In this document: positions 7,232 to 15,014 of the stretch, piece by piece
Position numbering within the stretch: position 1 is the first letter of the stretch
How the letters are laid out: each line of letters opens with the position of its first letter
Assembly (NCBI GenBank): GCA_919902045.1
Contig: CAKKSP010000030.1
Location: 5,276 to 31,588, forward strand
DNA: 26,313 nt
DNA from: Omnitrophica bacterium GWA2_41_15
GTDB taxonomy: Bacteria; Omnitrophota; Gorgyraeia; Gygaellales; Profunditerraquicolaceae
Direction of reading: 5' to 3'
Position numbers and translations under genes: made by a program
Notes under the pieces: generated by a model
Seen by the model: only the letters and a program-made list of their open reading frames with translations
The model's database searches: none
What the model was told of the DNA's origin: nothing

Positions 7232-10201
7232 ATGTCCTGGTATATTGAAGTAAAAGATAAAGAAGGAATTTTTGATGCTGTAGGTGAAGGTGTAAAAAAA
7301 GATATCCTTGATTTAGGCATCGAAGGGATTAGGGATGTGCGTTTTAGCCAGGCGTATATCCTTAAAGGCGCACTTACTGAAGCAGATGCCAAAAAAATAG
7401 CTTTGCAGCTTTTAACTGATCCAATTGCTCAGGATTTTTCCGTAAAGAAACTTTCTGAAGCTTTGCTTGAGCGTAAAAGCCTGACAGAATCTATCCATAA
7501 GGGAGAATTTGTAGTTGAGGTAGCTTATAATCCCGGAGTAATGGATCCGGCGGAAGCTTCGATACGAAAAGGTATAGAAGATTTATATATAAAAGGAATT
7601 GACGCAGTAAGGAGTACAAAAAAATACCGTATTTTTGCAAATCTTTCCGAAGCACAGCTTAAAAACATCGCAGAAAAACTTTTATACAATAAACTTATCC
7701 AGCATGTTGCGGGTCTTTCCGAAGGAGAAGAAAAAGTGGCGTTAGAGAATACACTTGCTGCTTACGAATTTAAGCTGCGTACCGTAGAGCTTATAGATGC
7801 ATCTGTCAAGAAATTAGAAGAGATCAGCCGTTTAGGGCAGCTCTTTTTGAATTTAGAGGAGATGCAGCAGATACAGAAATATTTCAAGAAATTAAAACGT
7901 AATCCTACGGATTGCGAATTAGAGACAATCGCACAAACTTGGTCAGAGCATTGCGGGCATAAGACGTTTAGGGGGAAGATAAAATATACTGAACAGGTAA
8001 CAGGTAACGGGTCACGGGTCACTACGAAGAAAACAAAATTGATTCATAGTCTGCTTAAATCTACGATTATGAAGGCAACACAGGAATTAAAGAAACCCTG
8101 GTGTGTTTCGGTTTTTAAAGATAACTCCGGAGTCATTCGTTTTGATAAAGATTATAACATATGTTTTAAAGTAGAAACTCACAACCATCCTTCTGCGCTT
8201 GAGCCTTTTGGCGGAGCAAATACCGGAATAGGCGGAGTAATCCGCGATCCGATGGGTACAGGCCTTGGTGCAAAGCCATTTTTAAACACGGATGTTTTTT
8301 GTTTTGCGCCTCCTGAAACTTTATTTAAGGATTTACCTGCCGGCACATTGCATCCTAAAAGAATAATGAAAGGGGTTGTCGCCGGAGTCAAGGATTACGG
8401 AAATAAAATGGGGATACCTACGGTTAATGGAGCAGTACTTTTTCATGAGCGCTTTGTGGGTAATCCTTTAGTTTATTGCGGGACTGCCGGGATACTTCCC
8501 AGAAATATGAGTTTTAAACAGGTTAAAAAAGGAGATCTCGTACTCTTAGTAGGAGGCCGCACCGGAAGAGACGGAATTCATGGCGCTACTTTTTCTTCGG
8601 GAGAATTGACTCATGAGTCAGAGGCTATTTCATCAGGAGCAGTTCAAATAGGTAATCCCATTGAAGAAAAGAAGACGCTTGATACGCTTCTTATAGCCCG
8701 CGACCGAGGGCTCTATCGTTCTATTACTGATTGCGGCGGAGGAGGGTTATCGAGTGCTGTTGGAGAGATGGGTGCTGATTTAGGTGTAGATGTAGATTTA
8801 GAAAATATTCCGCTTAAATACCTCGGGCTAACCTACACTGAAATCTGGATTTCAGAATCACAGGAGCGGATGATTTTATCCGTACCAAAAGATAACTTAG
8901 AAGCATTAATGGAAATTTTCCGAAGCGAAAATGTTGAAGCAGCGGTAATCGGAAAATTCTCCGGAAGTAAGCACCTGAAACTTTATTATCAGAGGAAATT
9001 AGTTTGCGATCTGGATATGGAATTTTTACATAATGGTTTACCTGATTACCATAAGATAGCAACTTTTACTATCCCTAAATTTAAAGAAAATAAAGCTGCT
9101 GTTTCTAAGGACCTCGGTAAAACATTAAAGCAATTATTATCGCATCCGGATATATGCTCAAAAGAGTGGATTATCCGCCAATACGATCATGAAGTGCAGG
9201 GAGGCTCGGTAATTAAGCCGCTTACAGGCGTAGCTAATGACGGGCCGTCTGATGCGGCGGTTGTAAGGCCGTTTCTTGATTCTAAGCGCGGGGTAATTGT
9301 TTCCTGCGGAATAAATTTTCACTATGGATTTCTTGATCCCTATTTGATGGCAGGCTCTTGTATTGATGAAGCGCTGCGCCAAGTCGTTTCCGTAGGCGGT
9401 TCTGTTGAGCGCGTGGCAATATTAGATAATTTTTGCTGGGGGAATCCCGATAAACCTGACCGGCTGGGCAGCCTTGTGCGCGCTGCTTACGGTTGTTATG
9501 ATGCGGCAGTTGGTTTCGGTGTGCCGTTTATCTCCGGGAAAGACAGCCTTTATAATGAATTTACGGTAAAGGGAAAATCCATAAGCATTCCCGGGACGCT
9601 TCTTATATCGGCTATTTCGGTTATGGATGATATTTCAAAAGCTATTACGATGTATGCCAAAGAACCCGGCAATCTCATTTATGTTGTAGGGGATACTTTT
9701 GATGAATTAGGCGGCTCGCATTATTATGCAGTTACCGGAAGATCCGGCGGTTATCCGCCGCTAGTTAATCCTAAAAAAGCCCTGCAAATATTTTCTGCTC
9801 TTGCCAAAGCTTCGCAAAAAAGTTTAATTCAGTCAATGCATGATTGTTCAGAAGGCGGGATTGCCTTAGCTGCGGCAGAGATGGCTTTTGCAGGTGCTTT
9901 AGGGATGGAGCTTTCTGCAGGAGAGATACCTTTTGTGGGAAAATCTCGTTTCGTTAATCAGAAACCGCGGCGCACAAATGAAGTTTTGCTATTTTCTCAA
10001 TCTAATTCGCGTTTTGTTGCAGAGGTGAGGCGTAAAGACCGTATAAAATTTGAAAATTTGCTTCAAGGAGTTTCATTCGGATTAATTGGTTGCGTGACTA
10101 AAGATAAGAACTTCCGGATTTTTGGGTTAGAAGGGAAGCCCTGCATAGAAGAGCATGTTGCCGCGTTAAAAGATGCGTGGCAAAAAACCATGAGGTATTA
10201 G
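7232..10201 (+). CDS. purL: Fusion protein: tandem PurS-like domains + FGAM synthase II (small PurL)
   Basis: Residues 1-80 (IEVKDKEGIFDAVGEGVKKDILDLGIEGIRDVRFSQAYILK...LLTDPIAQDF) match PurS. Residues about 90-165 (VVEVAYNPGVMDPAEASIRKGIEDLYIKGIDAVRSTKKYRI...LLYNKLIQ) look like a second PurS-like domain. Then come smPurL motifs: WSEHCGHKTF, ETHNHPSALEPFGGANTGIGGVIRD, GGRTGRDGIHGATFSS, DCGGGGLSSAVGEM. Confidence 0.85.
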   Translation: MSWYIEVKDKEGIFDAVGEGVKKDILDLGIEGIRDVRFSQAYILKGALTEADAKKIALQLLTDPIAQDFSVKKLSEALLERKSLTESIHKGEFVVEVAYNPGVMDPAEASIRKGIEDLYIKGIDAVRSTKKYRIFANLSEAQLKNIAEKLLYNKLIQHVAGLSEGEEKVALENTLAAYEFKLRTVELIDASVKKLEEISRLGQLFLNLEEMQQIQKYFKKLKRNPTDCELETIAQTWSEHCGHKTFRGKIKYTEQVTGNGSRVTTKKTKLIHSLLKSTIMKATQELKKPWCVSVFKDNSGVIRFDKDYNICFKVETHNHPSALEPFGGANTGIGGVIRDPMGTGLGAKPFLNTDVFCFAPPETLFKDLPAGTLHPKRIMKGVVAGVKDYGNKMGIPTVNGAVLFHERFVGNPLVYCGTAGILPRNMSFKQVKKGDLVLLVGGRTGRDGIHGATFSSGELTHESEAISSGAVQIGNPIEEKKTLDTLLIARDRGLYRSITDCGGGGLSSAVGEMGADLGVDVDLENIPLKYLGLTYTEIWISESQERMILSVPKDNLEALMEIFRSENVEAAVIGKFSGSKHLKLYYQRKLVCDLDMEFLHNGLPDYHKIATFTIPKFKENKAAVSKDLGKTLKQLLSHPDICSKEWIIRQYDHEVQGGSVIKPLTGVANDGPSDAAVVRPFLDSKRGVIVSCGINFHYGFLDPYLMAGSCIDEALRQVVSVGGSVERVAILDNFCWGNPDKPDRLGSLVRAAYGCYDAAVGFGVPFISGKDSLYNEFTVKGKSISIPGTLLISAISVMDDISKAITMYAKEPGNLIYVVGDTFDELGGSHYYAVTGRSGGYPPLVNPKKALQIFSALAKASQKSLIQSMHDCSEGGIALAAAEMAFAGALGMELSAGEIPFVGKSRFVNQKPRRTNEVLLFSQSNSRFVAEVRRKDRIKFENLLQGVSFGLIGCVTKDKNFRIFGLEGKPCIEEHVAALKDAWQKTMRY

Positions 10202-10202
10202 C

Positions 10203-10844
10203 ATGTTTAGAAACGATTTTACAAAAGATGAAACCTGGCGGATCTTTCGTATCATGGCAGAGTTTGTCGATGGTTTTGAAGTCCTCTCTAAGATTGGCCC
10301 GGCAGTATCAATATTTGGTTCCGCGCGTATTAAAAAAAATGACCCTTATTATAAGCTTACAGAGAAAATTACTTACCAGATTGCTAAAGAAGGGTATGCT
10401 GTTATTACCGGCGGCGGCCCCGGGTTAATGGAAGCGGCAAACAAAGGCGCTAAAAAAGCCGAGGGAAAATCTATCGGATTAAATATTCAGATCCCGCTTG
10501 AGCAGAAGGCAAATGCTTATGTAGAAACATTGCTTGATTTCCATTATTTTTTTGTGCGCAAGGTGATGTTTGTGAAATATGCTAAGGCGTTTGTGATCAT
10601 GCCGGGTGGCTTTGGGACGCTAGATGAGCTTTTTGAGAGTTTGAACCTTATTCAGACCGAGCGTATCGGAAAATTTCCGGTAGTTTTAGTAGGTAGAAAA
10701 TATTGGGGCGGGCTTGTGGATTGGCTTAAGACTACGGCATTAAAAAGAGGCTGCCTTGCCCAGGAAGATTTAAGGATATTCAGCCTTGTAGATAAACCGG
10801 AAGAAGTGGTCGAGGAAATTAATAAGTTTTATGGTAAATCCTAA
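10203..10844 (+). CDS. LOG-family (TIGR00730, PpnN/YgdH-like) nucleotide 5'-monophosphate nucleosidase-type protein
   Basis: Diagnostic LOG motifs AVITGGGPGLMEAANKGA and VIMPGGFGTLDELFE. 213 aa. The ATG is 2 nt after the purL stop, and the 3' end overlaps the purQ start by 14 nt. Confidence 0.75.
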   Translation: MFRNDFTKDETWRIFRIMAEFVDGFEVLSKIGPAVSIFGSARIKKNDPYYKLTEKITYQIAKEGYAVITGGGPGLMEAANKGAKKAEGKSIGLNIQIPLEQKANAYVETLLDFHYFFVRKVMFVKYAKAFVIMPGGFGTLDELFESLNLIQTERIGKFPVVLVGRKYWGGLVDWLKTTALKRGCLAQEDLRIFSLVDKPEEVVEEINKFYGKS

Positions 10845-11637
10845 AGTTTTAATATTACGTACTGCCGGAACTAACTGTGACCAGGAGACCGCTTTTGCTT
10901 TTAAGAAGGCCGGCGGAGAGGTTGATTTAGTGCATATTAACCGGCTAATTTCGGGAGAGAAAAAACTTTCTGATTACCAGATTCTTGCCCTCCCGGGTGG
11001 TTTTAGTTATGGTGATGATGTGGCTGCAGGAAAAATTTTAGCAAATGAGCTTAAATATAAACTTGCAGATGATTTAAAAAAATTTATTCAGGATGGGAAA
11101 TTGGTAATTGGCATTTGTAATGGTTTTCAAATCTTAGTAAAAAGCGGTTTTCTTCCCGGGAATTCAGAGCTTAAGCAGGAAACAAGTTTGATTATTAATG
11201 ATTCAGCGAAGTTTGAGGATCGCTGGACGTATTTAAAGTCACAAGTCACAAGTTACAAGTCACAAGTTAATTGTGTTTGGACTAAGGACTTGCCGGAAGT
11301 GATTTATTTGCCGGTGGCACACGGAGAAGGAAAGTTTATCTGTGAAAAATCAGTTTTAGGTAAATTAGAAGAAAACGGCCAGATTGTAATTCAATATTGT
11401 AATCAACAAGGGGTTTTAAGCGGATATCCGGATAATCCTAATGGTTCTATAAAAAATATTGCCGGGATTTGTGATGAAACCGGAAGAATGTTTGGGTTGA
11501 TGCCGCATCCTGAACGTTACATTGATATTTATCAGCATCCGGCAGGTAAATTTGCTGCCTTAAAAAGCGGCCGTAAAGAAGGCGACGGATTTAAAATTTT
11601 TCAAAACGGAGTAGAGTATGCTAAAAAAAACCTGTAA
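10831..11637 (+). CDS. purQ: Phosphoribosylformylglycinamidine synthase glutaminase subunit (PurQ)
   Basis: VLILRTAGTNCDQE, GICNGFQILV (catalytic Cys), PVAHGEG, MPHPER (His/Glu of the triad). 268 aa, the longer PurQ type. Confidence 0.85.
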   Translation: MVNPKVLILRTAGTNCDQETAFAFKKAGGEVDLVHINRLISGEKKLSDYQILALPGGFSYGDDVAAGKILANELKYKLADDLKKFIQDGKLVIGICNGFQILVKSGFLPGNSELKQETSLIINDSAKFEDRWTYLKSQVTSYKSQVNCVWTKDLPEVIYLPVAHGEGKFICEKSVLGKLEENGQIVIQYCNQQGVLSGYPDNPNGSIKNIAGICDETGRMFGLMPHPERYIDIYQHPAGKFAALKSGRKEGDGFKIFQNGVEYAKKNL

Positions 11638-13066
11638 TCCCCGCGAATATTGCGGTTTATTTGGAATCTTTGGCCACGCGCATGCCAGTTGGTTGACGTA
11701 TTTAGGTTTATATGCCCAGCAGCATCGGGGTCAGGAAGCATGTGGTATTGTCTCTAATTATCGCGGGCAGCTTAATATACATAAAGGAGTTGGTTTAGTA
11801 AACGATGTATTTAACGAAGCTCTTCTTAGCCGGATGAAAGGCGAAATGGCGGTGGGCCATGTGCGATATTCGACTACCGGATCAAGCGTTTTAAAAAATG
11901 CCCAGCCGCTTTTGATTGATTTTTCAAAAGGCTCGGTTTGTATTGCCCATAACGGAAACTTGGTGAATTCTCTTGAGCTGCGTAAGTATCTGGAAGGAAG
12001 CGGTTCAATTTTTCAGACTACGACAGATTCAGAGTTGATTATTCATCTGATGGCCAGGGCAAAAACAAATAGTTTAAAAGATTCGCTTATCTATGCGTTA
12101 CGTAGAATTCGCGGCGCGTATTCTTTAGTGATGATGAGTTCAGATAGCCTGATCGGTGTGCGTGATCCTTTAGGATTTCGTCCGCTGTCATTAGGTAAAC
12201 TTGGTAAAGCATGGTGCCTGGCTTCCGAGACATGCGCGTTTGATCTTATCGGCGCTAAATTCGTGCGCGAGGTAATGCCTGGTGAAATAATTTTTATTGA
12301 TCAAAATGGATTACATTCTTTTTCGCCACGAGAGCTTCAGGTAAAAAAGCGCCATGCATTCTGCACTTTTGAGCATGTATATTTTGCGCGGCCTGATTCG
12401 ATGGTATTTGGCGAGACTGTGCATGCGGTCAGGCGTAAATTTGGCGAGCAGCTGGCGCGGGAATTTCCGGTAGATGCGGATATGGTGGTTCCAGTGCCGG
12501 ATTCAGGGTATTCTGCTGCGCTTGGTTATGCCAAAGAATCAGGGATACCGCTTGAAATGGGAATTATTCGTAATCATTATGTGGGCAGGACTTTTATCCA
12601 GCCGGCGCAGGATGCGCGCGAGTTGGGGGTAAGGGTTAAATTTAACCTGCTTAAGGATGTACTTAAAGGAAAACGGATTGTTGTAGTTGATGATTCTATT
12701 GTGCGCGGGACTACTTCTAAAATCCGCGTGCGTAACCTAATTCGGGCAGGAGTTAAAGAAGTGCATATGCGTATATCTTGTCCCGCGCATCGCTACCCGT
12801 GTTTTTATGGAATAGATTTTCACCGCTCAAATGAGCTAATTGCAAATCGCTATGAGTCCCTTGAACATGTCCGTAAATATCTGGGTGTGGATAGCCTTGG
12901 GTATCTTAGCCTTGAAGGGATGTTAGGGTGTTTAAAAAATCCGCGGCATGATTATTGTAATGCCTGCTGGACCGGGAAATATCCTATTAAAGCAGAGAAA
13001 AGCCATAGTAAATTTTCGCTTGAATTACGTTGTTGCGGCCAAGGAGAAATACAATGCAAGGTTTAG
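11618..13066 (+). CDS. purF: Amidophosphoribosyltransferase (PurF) with 11-residue propeptide
   Basis: MLKKTCNPREY then CGLFGIFGH: N-terminal nucleophile Cys after a B. subtilis-like propeptide. Also RGQEACGIV, VVVDDSIVRGTTS (PRPP motif), CNACWTGKYP (Fe-S ligand region). A 25-aa Cys-containing C-terminal tail overlaps the purM start. Confidence 0.9.
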   Translation: MLKKTCNPREYCGLFGIFGHAHASWLTYLGLYAQQHRGQEACGIVSNYRGQLNIHKGVGLVNDVFNEALLSRMKGEMAVGHVRYSTTGSSVLKNAQPLLIDFSKGSVCIAHNGNLVNSLELRKYLEGSGSIFQTTTDSELIIHLMARAKTNSLKDSLIYALRRIRGAYSLVMMSSDSLIGVRDPLGFRPLSLGKLGKAWCLASETCAFDLIGAKFVREVMPGEIIFIDQNGLHSFSPRELQVKKRHAFCTFEHVYFARPDSMVFGETVHAVRRKFGEQLAREFPVDADMVVPVPDSGYSAALGYAKESGIPLEMGIIRNHYVGRTFIQPAQDARELGVRVKFNLLKDVLKGKRIVVVDDSIVRGTTSKIRVRNLIRAGVKEVHMRISCPAHRYPCFYGIDFHRSNELIANRYESLEHVRKYLGVDSLGYLSLEGMLGCLKNPRHDYCNACWTGKYPIKAEKSHSKFSLELRCCGQGEIQCKV

Positions 13067-14094
13067 GGTTAACATATAAAAAATCAGGGGTTGATATACA
13101 TAAAGCCTCAGAGTTTAAGGGAAAAATTAAATATCTCGTGCGCGGTTCAATGCGTAAAGAGGTATTAAAAGGTATTGGAGGATTTGGTAGTTTTTTTGCA
13201 GCTCCTAAAGGTTTTAAAGAGCCGGTTTTAGTTTCATCTGCTGACGGAGTAGGGACAAAATTAAAAATAGCTACCCTTATTAATAAGCACGATACTATAG
13301 GAATTGATGCGGTAGCAATGAACGTGAATGATATTCTTTGTACCGGAGCAGAAACGCTTTTTTTCCTGGATTATATCGCTTATAGTAAACTTCCTGAAAA
13401 AACCCTGCTTGATATTTTAAAGGGTCTGAATGAAGGTTGCCTGCAAGCTGGTTGTTCTCTGGTAGGCGGTGAAACCGCCCAGATGCCGGGGATGTATAAA
13501 GATGGAGAGTATGACTTAGCAGGTTTTTGTGTGGGGGTAGTCGAGAAAAAGAAAATTATTGATGGTTCACAGATCAAGGCAGGAGATTTAGTTATCGGAA
13601 TTGAATCAAGCGGAATACATTCAAACGGGTATTCTCTTGTGCGCAAAGTATTGTCGATAGGTGAACAGAAAAAAATGGCAGGAGAGCTTCTTAAGCCTAC
13701 GCGGATTTACGTTAAGCCGGTATTGTCTCTGCTTCAGGGCACGCCTGCCTCCGGCAGGCAGGGTGGCAGGGGACAGGTGACAGAGATACACGGGATTTCC
13801 CACATTACAGGAGGAGCTTTTTATGATAAAATCAGTAGAATTCTGCCTCAGGATATTGATGTATTGATTCATAAAAGCTCATGGCCAGTGCCTGATATCT
13901 TTAAACTTATTCAGGTAAAGGGTAGGATTAGCGATCAGGAGATGTTTAGTACTTTTAATATGGGTATTGGTATGGTGCTTTTAGCGCCGGATAAATTTGC
14001 TAAAGATATTCAAATGTCACTTAGTAAAAATAAATTGCGCTCTTGGGTAATTGGGGAAGCGATAAAGGGGAGTAAGAAAGTAAAGGTAGCTTAA
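13054..14094 (+). CDS. purM: Phosphoribosylformylglycinamidine cyclo-ligase (PurM, AIR synthetase)
   Basis: MQGLGLTYKKSGVDI, SADGVGTKL, GGETAQMPG, HITGGAF. RBS AAGGAG at 13041-13046 with ATG at 13054. The ORF-track TTG at 13030 is rejected. Confidence 0.9.
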   Translation: MQGLGLTYKKSGVDIHKASEFKGKIKYLVRGSMRKEVLKGIGGFGSFFAAPKGFKEPVLVSSADGVGTKLKIATLINKHDTIGIDAVAMNVNDILCTGAETLFFLDYIAYSKLPEKTLLDILKGLNEGCLQAGCSLVGGETAQMPGMYKDGEYDLAGFCVGVVEKKKIIDGSQIKAGDLVIGIESSGIHSNGYSLVRKVLSIGEQKKMAGELLKPTRIYVKPVLSLLQGTPASGRQGGRGQVTEIHGISHITGGAFYDKISRILPQDIDVLIHKSSWPVPDIFKLIQVKGRISDQEMFSTFNMGIGMVLLAPDKFAKDIQMSLSKNKLRSWVIGEAIKGSKKVKVA

Positions 14095-14108
14095 TAGGAG
14101 GAGTGATT

Positions 14109-14963
14109 ATGTCGTTATTCTATTTTCTTCTAATGGTTGCAATTTTTATATTTTTTTCAGGAATCAGGATAGTGCGGCCTACGCACAGGGGCTTGATTGA
14201 ACGTTTAGGTAAATATAACCGTTTTGCCGGGTCAGGATTCCATTGGATTTTTCCGGTTTTAGAACGGCTTTTTATGGTAAATGTCACTGAACAGATGGTA
14301 GATGCCGAGCCGCAGGAAATTATCACTAATGATAATTTGAATGCCAGGGTAGATGCACAGGTGTATTTTAAAGTTAAGTTAGAAGAAGAAGACGTGAAGA
14401 GTTCACAATATAATGTTAATAATTACCAATGGCAGATCGTGAATTTAGCCAGGACTACTTTAAGGAATATTATCGGTACCCTTACTTTAAAATCCGCAAA
14501 CAGCGAGCGCGGGAAAATTAATTCGGAATTACATAAAACTCTGCTGGAGGAGACTAAGAGCTGGGGGATTGATATAGTGCGCACGGAATTAAAAGAAATT
14601 GATCCGCCAAAAGACGTGCAAGAAACAATGAATAAGGTGGTTAAGGCAGAAAACGAAAAAATTTCTGCGGTTGATTATGCTACTGCTGTTGAAACTGTCG
14701 CAGATGGCCAGAAGCGCGCAGAAATCAAAAAGGCAGAAGGTGTAAAACAGGCCAGAATCTTACATGCAGAAGGGGAAGCAGAAGCAATTAAGTTAGTTAA
14801 TGAGGCCGCAGAGCATTATTTTGTAGGCAATGCCCAGGTTTTGCGCCGGATTGAAATGGTAGAAAAATCGCTTGAAAATAACGTAAAAGTTGTTGTGCCG
14901 GCAAATACCGAGCTAATAAATGTTCTTGGTGATATGGCAGGGATTATTCCTCTAAAAAAATAA
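14109..14963 (+). CDS. SPFH/band-7 (stomatin/prohibitin-like) membrane protein
   Basis: N-terminal TM (LFYFLLMVAIFIFFSGI), then an SPFH core (IRIVRPTHRGLIERLGKYNRFAGSGFHWIFPVLERLFMVNVTEQMVDAEPQEIITNDNLNARVDAQVYFKV) and an EA-rich coiled-coil C-terminus. RBS AGGAGG at 14094-14099. GTG at 14103 is an alternative start. Confidence 0.75.
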   Translation: MSLFYFLLMVAIFIFFSGIRIVRPTHRGLIERLGKYNRFAGSGFHWIFPVLERLFMVNVTEQMVDAEPQEIITNDNLNARVDAQVYFKVKLEEEDVKSSQYNVNNYQWQIVNLARTTLRNIIGTLTLKSANSERGKINSELHKTLLEETKSWGIDIVRTELKEIDPPKDVQETMNKVVKAENEKISAVDYATAVETVADGQKRAEIKKAEGVKQARILHAEGEAEAIKLVNEAAEHYFVGNAQVLRRIEMVEKSLENNVKVVVPANTELINVLGDMAGIIPLKK

Positions 14964-14968
14964 CCATT

Positions 14969-15000
14969 TTCGACCTACGCGGTCGACCGCGTAGGTCGAA
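14969..15000. repeat. 32-bp perfect GC-rich palindrome (TTCGACCTACGCGGTC|GACCGCGTAGGTCGAA), REP-like element copy A
   Basis: Exact reverse-complement symmetry across the 32 bp. About 65% GC in an AT-rich intergenic gap between the SPFH gene and purD. No T-tract on the + strand; a T-tract follows on the - strand. Confidence 0.85.
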
Positions 15001-15014
15001 GAAGGTAACTTAAG

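Noticed and set aside
10177-10428. 83-aa ORF overlapping the purL end and LOG start in another frame
   Set aside because: It overlaps two motif-supported genes and has no features of its own, so it is likely spurious.
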